Assembly (NCBI RefSeq): GCF_006345805.1
Contig: NW_021825661.1
Span: 1 to 14,679, forward strand
Direction: 5' to 3'
Source of the DNA: Octopus sinensis
Taxonomy: Eukaryota
DNA length: 14,679 nt
Position numbers and translations under genes: made by a program. Positions 9,148 to 14,679 of the stretch are shown piece by piece. Under the pieces are notes generated by a model. The model saw nothing but the letters and a program-made list of their open reading frames with translations, was not told the DNA's origin and did no database searches. Within the stretch, counting starts at the first letter, position 1; the number at the start of each line of letters is the position of its first letter.

Positions 9148-9207
9148 GTTAGTTGCTGCCAATGAGAGGAGAAACTTGATGTTTCGTACTGAGGACCTTT
9201 GACAGGC
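9148..9207 (-). CDS. Candidate exon (60 nt): ACQRSSVRNIKFLLSLAATN in phase 0
   Basis: Acceptor GATATTTCTGGTTACAG|, donor AAC|GTAACT. Reading frame is ambiguous (two frames are open). Confidence 0.2.
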
Positions 9208-9249
9208 CTGTAACCAGAAATATCACAGATTTATGTCCGTCTCTCTGTC

Positions 9250-9610
<361 letters not shown>

Positions 9611-9944
9611 GTATATAGAAAGATATATTGACAAATTGGGAAACAAGTATGAAAAACGGTAGAGTGATAAAGAGGATATACAAGATATACAAGAACTGAT
9701 GATGTCACTAGTGACGTCACAACTGTTTATAGCTGACATTTTCTAAATGGCGCGTTACTGCGCGGTCGATGAGGAACTACGCCGCGAATTCCCACTCCTT
9801 CTGTTTACTTGGACATGGTGTTTGTGCGAAACACTTCCCTGCTTGTCTGGGAGTGTTCCCACAGGACCGGACAGGGGCCAACTGCAATGTTATCCTAGGA
9901 TGCAGTTCATTACATGTTGGAGAGTAACACGAGGTAATGGGGAC

Positions 9945-10200
9945 TGGTGGTGGTGTGTGTGTGTGGTGGTGTGGTGGTGGTGGTGTGGTGGTGTGTGGTG
10001 GTGGTGGTGGTGGTGTGTGGTGTGGTGGTGGTGTGTGTGGTGGTGGTGGTGGTGTGGTGGTGGTGGTGGAGGTGGTGGTGGTGGTGGAGGTGGTGGTGGT
10101 GGTGGTGGTGGAGGTGGTCGTGGAAGTGGTGGTGGTGGTGGTGGTGGTGGCGGTGGTGGTGGTGGTGTGTGGTGGTGGTGGTGGGAGGAGGAGGGGAGGA
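9945..10200. repeat. (GGT)n microsatellite
   Basis: Directly visible. Confidence 0.95.
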
Positions 10201-10514
10201 GGGGAAGGAGGGGATGACACAGATGAATAAGGTTGGAAGAAGGAATTGAGGAGAAAGAAACAAAAGAAAGAATGAAAGTTTAAACAAAAAAAGCAACGTA
10301 TGTCGTTTTCATTCAACTCAGGTTTCCATGTCTTCGCTCTTTCTTTCTTTCTCTCTCTCACTCTCTCTCTCTCTTTCTCTGCTTCTCTTTCCTCTACCAT
10401 TTCTCTCTCTATCACTATCTCTGTTTATGTCTCTATATGTCTAGCTATAGCTGTCACTCCATTATTCAGTCAAACAAATTTTGCTTGTGTCTGTATTTAT
10501 GTATATTATGTAAA

Positions 10515-10720
10515 TATTGTGTGTCTGTCTTTGTCCCCCAGCATCGCTTAACAACCGATGGTGGTGTGTTTACGTCCCCGTAACTTAGAGGTTCAGCCAA
10601 ACAGACCGATAGAATGAGTACTAGGCTTACGAAGAATAAGTCCTGGGATCGATTTGCCCGACTAAAAGCGGAGCTTCAGCATGGCCGCAGTCAAATGACT
10701 TAAAAAAGTAAAAGAGATAA
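10515..10720 (+). mobile_element. SINE 3' half
   Basis: TTTGTCCCCCAGCATCGCT..CCCCGTAACTTAGAGGTTCAGCC..GACCGATAGAATGAGTACTAGGCTTAC..GTCAAATGACT is homologous to 5445-5655. Confidence 0.85.
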
Positions 10721-10869
10721 AAGAGATAAATGTTTGTTTTTTTTTTCATTAAGCATAGCTAATCCGGGAATCTTTAGATACTACTTCGTACTCCCCGTCG
10801 AAACTGACTGAGATCCAATCCCCTTTTGTATTTCTACATTTGTTCCGTAGGACCACATGAGTGCCTCTG

Positions 10870-10875
10870 TATATG

Positions 10876-10908
<33 letters not shown>

Positions 10909-11173
10909 TTGTGTGTTTGTGTGTGTATGTGTATGTGTGTGTGCAGGTGTTACTATAGATATATGCGCATGTGCGTGTGTGTGTATGTATATGTATACAC
11001 GTCTACTGTGTGCACGTGTGCGTGTGCGTGTGAATGCATGTGTGTGTGTGCGCGCGCGTGTATTTACAAATGCGTGAGGGCGTGTGTGTGGATGTGTGTG
11101 CATGTGCGTGCGCGCGTGCGTGTGTATATGCGTGTGTGTGCACGTGTGAAGGTGTGTCCGCGCATGCGCTTCG

Positions 11174-11230
<57 letters not shown>

Positions 11231-11255
11231 CGTGTGTGTGTGTGTGTGTGTGTGA
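10870..11255. repeat. (GT)n / (GC-GT) degenerate dinucleotide tract
   Basis: Directly visible. Confidence 0.95.
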
Positions 11256-11649
11256 TTATATATTTACTATTGGGGCATGAAAATTGAGCAAAAGAAAGCA
11301 AAGAATAACTGAAGGGAGTGCAGGATGATAGGGTAAGAAAACAGAGAGGGGGAAAGAGAGAGACAGAAAGAGAGAGAGTTAGAAAGAAGGAGGGTGAGAG
11401 AGAGAGGGACAAAAGTGAGAGAGGTGGAGAGAGTGGCGATATTATTCCGCTTGTTTTGTATTCATTGTGAAGGACGGCGATCGGCGATAGAACGTCCCAC
11501 GTGACCCGCCACAGCTGTGGCGGAACGATCCGCTTGGCTGGTTTTTTGTTCCCCACTGGAAGTTCGCTGGGGATTATCTCTTGGTGTATATTTCGGATGT
11601 AAAACCAGACATGTCTTAACAGCGAGGGAGCGAGGAAGGGTATTAACAG

Positions 11650-12310
11650 CCGACAACAACAGCAACGATGTTAATAACAATAACGACAACGATGACAATA
11701 ACAACAACAACAACATGACAATAACAACAAGAACAGCAGCAATGATGACCACAATAACAACAACAGCAATGGTGGCAGTAACAACAAGAACGATGACGAC
11801 AACAACAAGAACGATGACGACTACAACAATGGCAAAAACAAGAACGATGACAAACAACAATAACTATGACAGAAACAACAACAACGATGACAGAAACAAC
11901 AACAACGATGACGACAACAACAACGATGACAAACACAACAGCGATGACAAAAACAGCAACAACAACAGCAATGGTGACAATAACAACAAGAACGATGATG
12001 ACAACAACAAGAACGATGACGACAACAACAATGGCAAAAACAAGAACGATGACAAAAACAACAACAACGATGACAGAAACAACAACAACAACAATGACGA
12101 CAACAAGAACGATGACAAACACAACAGCGATGACAAAAACAGCAACAACGATGACAGCAACAAGAACGCTGACGACAACAACAAAAACGATGACAAACAC
12201 AACAAGAACGATGACGACAACAACAAAAACGATGACAAACACAACAGCGATGACAAAAACAGCAACAACGATGACAGAAACAACAACAACGATGACGACA
12301 ACAACAACGA
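11650..12310. repeat. Compound (AAC/GAC/GAT)n cryptic triplet repeat with higher-order units
   Basis: GATGACAAACACAACAGCGATGACAAAAACAGCAACAAC recurs at about 11925, 12111 and 12231. Confidence 0.92.
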
Positions 12311-12384
12311 CGGGAGCCAAGAGCAGCAGATCCTAATGAAAGAACAAGAGCAACACTTTTGAGGGGAGGGGTTTATTAGATGCT

Positions 12385-12480
12385 ATCGACACAAGTACTT
12401 GACTGCTGTTCCGTTTTATCGACCCCGGAAAGGTGAAAGTTAAATTTGACCCCGACTCGGTTTGAACTCAGAATGTAACG
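12385..12480 (-). mobile_element. Second tRNA-derived SINE family, fragment truncated at the LINE junction
   Basis: Minus-strand B box GAGTTCAAACC (12459-69) followed by ..GGGGTCGATAAAA, which resembles a recalled octopus SINE. The A box is missing. Confidence 0.55.
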
Positions 12481-12490
12481 AGTTGGAACA

Positions 12491-13216
12491 AAAGAGACCG
12501 AGAGCACTATACTGGCAGCGCCAGACCAAGCTTTGGCCACGAGCTGGATGGTCAACCTCAAGAATGTGCAAGAGTCTCCGTTGTGGCGCATCTGTAATAG
12601 AGTGGACGAAACCATTGGCAATATCACGAACGAATGCCCTAGACTTGCCCCAAACCACTACAAGTTGTGGCGACACGACCTGCCAGCGAAAGTGCTACAG
12701 TGGAACCTGCTGCACGAAAAGTGTGGACTTGAGATAGAGAGAGGCAAGACATGTTATGAGCACAAACCGCAGAGAGTGGCGGAGTCGGAGTTTAACAAAT
12801 TCTTCTGGGATTTCCCAATCCAAACTGATCAGTCTAGAGCATAACAGACCAGACCTGGTGGTGGTGGTGGACAAGATGCACCACATATGCTATATAGTTG
12901 GTGCTGCATGCCCCTTTGACCCACGAATACTCAAAGAGGGCGAAAATATAGAGATACGGCCCTCTTAAGTAATAAATAGCTTGGCTATGGAAAATGAAGT
13001 AGGTGAAGGTAGTGCCAATTATTTTTGGGTCCTTGGGAACAGTATCAGAAGGCATCAAGGGGAATATAAAGGAAATTGGAATAGAATGCCCAGTAGAACC
13101 GTTACAAAAGGTTTGCCTCCTTGGCACGGCCAGAATAACCGGGAAAGCATTAGATAGTTGAAAAGAGCGAGTAGCATGGTAGCGCAGGCTTCGGGTGGTA
13201 CACCTGCTATCCATGC
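12491..13216 (+). mobile_element. RLE-type non-LTR retrotransposon (R4/Dong-like) 3' fragment, pseudogenised
   Basis: KETESTILAAPDQALAT..; degenerate zinc knuckle (W/C)RIC..ETIG(N/H)ITNECPRLA; RHD; WDFPIQTD; RPDLVVVVDK; VKVVPIIFGSLGTV; LQKVCLLGTARITGKALDS* (stop 13159-61). Two frameshifts (~12833, ~12950) and several stops. Confidence 0.88.
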
Positions 13217-13577
13217 AAAATGCGTTATCGTTTTAATTATGCAAATTACAAATGACCGAACACGTTTCCAACTCTTCCTATAAAACTCGTTTTGTTACCA
13301 TATTATTGATAAAATACACAGCTGGTGTTTCAATTAGTTTTTTAATTAATGAGGAATTTAGTTAAATATCTTTGTCGTTATCAAGATGATGTTTGGAAAC
13401 ATAAATTATCGTAAAAGGATGATAAACGCTTTCAATTTTGATTCATGTATTAAAACAGAAAAAATGTATCGTAGAACGAGAGCGGTCTTAGACTGGTTAA
13501 TATCAGAACAGTTAAATTTGATGTGAATAAAATAAAGGACAATGATATATCGATGGTTCCAACAGAGATATTCCATG

Positions 13578-13854
13578 CCGTCATCTGACGACAGCTGAGG
13601 GCTCTGTAACCTCTTGCTGAAAAACTACACAGGTTTTTTGTTGGCACTAAACAAATGTATGTGCCGTACATATGCTCACTCCTTCCGTCAATTAACATTA
13701 CCTGTACAGGTGCACAGATGTACCACACGTCAGGTATCGAAATGATCGCAGTGCAACGTTAAACGAAGTGCTTTGCTCAAAAACACAAACCACTAACCTC
13801 TCTTGGAATCGAAAAACACGATTTATCTCTGACAGCTAGGCCATGTGCCTTCAC
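13578..13854 (-). mobile_element. Third tRNA-derived SINE family, internally deleted head
   Basis: Minus strand GTGAAGGCACATGGCCTAGCTG (A-box-like), TTTCGATTCC (B-box-like), then TTGAGCAAAGCACTTC, a CORE-like TTGRGCAA motif also seen at 7841-8003. Left boundary approximate. Confidence 0.65.
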
Positions 13855-13909
13855 ACGTGTGATAGTAAGATCAACAAAAAAAGGACTACATCTGGTGAGA
13901 GATAAATAA

Positions 13910-14100
13910 TATTTAATAAACGCATTACATGTTTTTATGTGCTACTATTAGTTTTACGTGCTGAGAGCATGCCAAACAGTGTTTCAACACGTCTGGTGTC
14001 CCAACAAATCATCAGATAGACGTGTGATAAAGCAATGCTGGCATGTTTCAGCACATGGAACTAATAGTAGCACATAAAAGCATATTATGTTTATTAAATA
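13910..14100. repeat. Fold-back (near-complete palindromic) element, MITE-like or inverted Penelope tail
   Basis: 13910-13999 is the imperfect reverse complement of 14011-14100 (TATTTAATAAAC/GTTTATTAAATA, TTTTATGTGCTACTATTAGTT/AACTAATAGTAGCACATAAAA, ACACGTCT/AGACGTGT), with an ~11-nt loop. Confidence 0.8.
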
Positions 14101-14679
14101 ATATATATATATATATACATATATATACATGCATGTAGAACAGTCTGTAAGGCATCTCGTGTCTTAGTACGGCCGGGCAGCTGGAAAGTGCCCGCAGACA
14201 AAATATTTTGATTAGTTTTCTATAAGGGAAACCTAGTCATTTAGTTCGGAACTGTTAATGTTTTCTCTGTTTGACAATATAAGAACAAATACAAATAAAA
14301 CAAAAATAAAAGTAAATACATTCGATGTATTGGCTTTAACAAGCTTTATTAGTGAAGTGAAGTATTGAAAATCGATTATCGAAAACTGTTTACTTATTCT
14401 GCTATTCTTCGATGAGCTGGTCAAGGTTAGAACACATTTTGCTTAATGGTTTAAAATTAGAATTCACAATGTTTTTTAAGAAATTGCTATTTAACCCAAG
14501 CTCAACCCTATCCAGTCATGACGAACCATCTGGACAACAAGATTTAATGTGTCTTTCATTGATTAATAACACGGTGATGTCTGATTTGAAGGAAGGAGAC
14601 TTTTGTTATAATTCTAGCTATTTCAGTGACCTGAAACACTCATTCTTGTTGGTTCGTTTGCAATGAAGTCTATTAATTA

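Noticed and set aside
9790-9890. EGF-like Cys pattern HGVC..C..TGANC
   Set aside because: The C-x-C motif is missing, spacing is wrong, and the frame stops before the strong donor.
11650-12310. CRISPR-like repeat-spacer array
   Set aside because: Eukaryotic context, no unique spacers; it is a compound triplet repeat.
13255-13285. Minus-strand GGAAGA..GAAACGT hammerhead-like word
   Set aside because: No CUG, no stem II, and H17 would be G.
13978-14020. Minus-strand CTGATGA..GAAAC in the fold-back element as an active hammerhead
   Set aside because: Stem II does not close, there is no NUH site, and the GAAAC comes from a mismatch in the opposite arm.
14412-14666. 84-aa plus-strand ORF at the window end
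   Set aside because: No recognisable motif or supporting splice/start context.

Overview
Eukaryotic, AT-rich, microsatellite-saturated genomic DNA, most likely intronic sequence from an octopus or related coleoid cephalopod (inferred from recalled SINE consensus sequences, not from a search). Almost every ORF in the six-frame track is an artefact of simple repeats. Supported features: a decayed maT/DD37D-like Tc1/mariner 3' fragment (2285-2985), an RTE LINE 3' end (5941-6515), an RLE-type (R4/Dong-like) LINE 3' fragment (12491-13216), several tRNA-derived SINE pieces, a ~190-bp fold-back element (13910-14100), and small candidate minus-strand exons that splice into an FN3-like domain. The most interesting signal is a 784-bp non-coding insert (7017-7800) made of ~1.4 nearly identical copies of a 559-nt unit. 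It carries a minimal type I hammerhead ribozyme with intact core motifs (7564-7615) and is flanked by a 19-bp direct repeat inside a (TA)n tract. This fits a Penelope-associated/retrozyme-like element copied from a circular or multimeric RNA. A second, unrelated hammerhead-like motif lies at 5793-5828.
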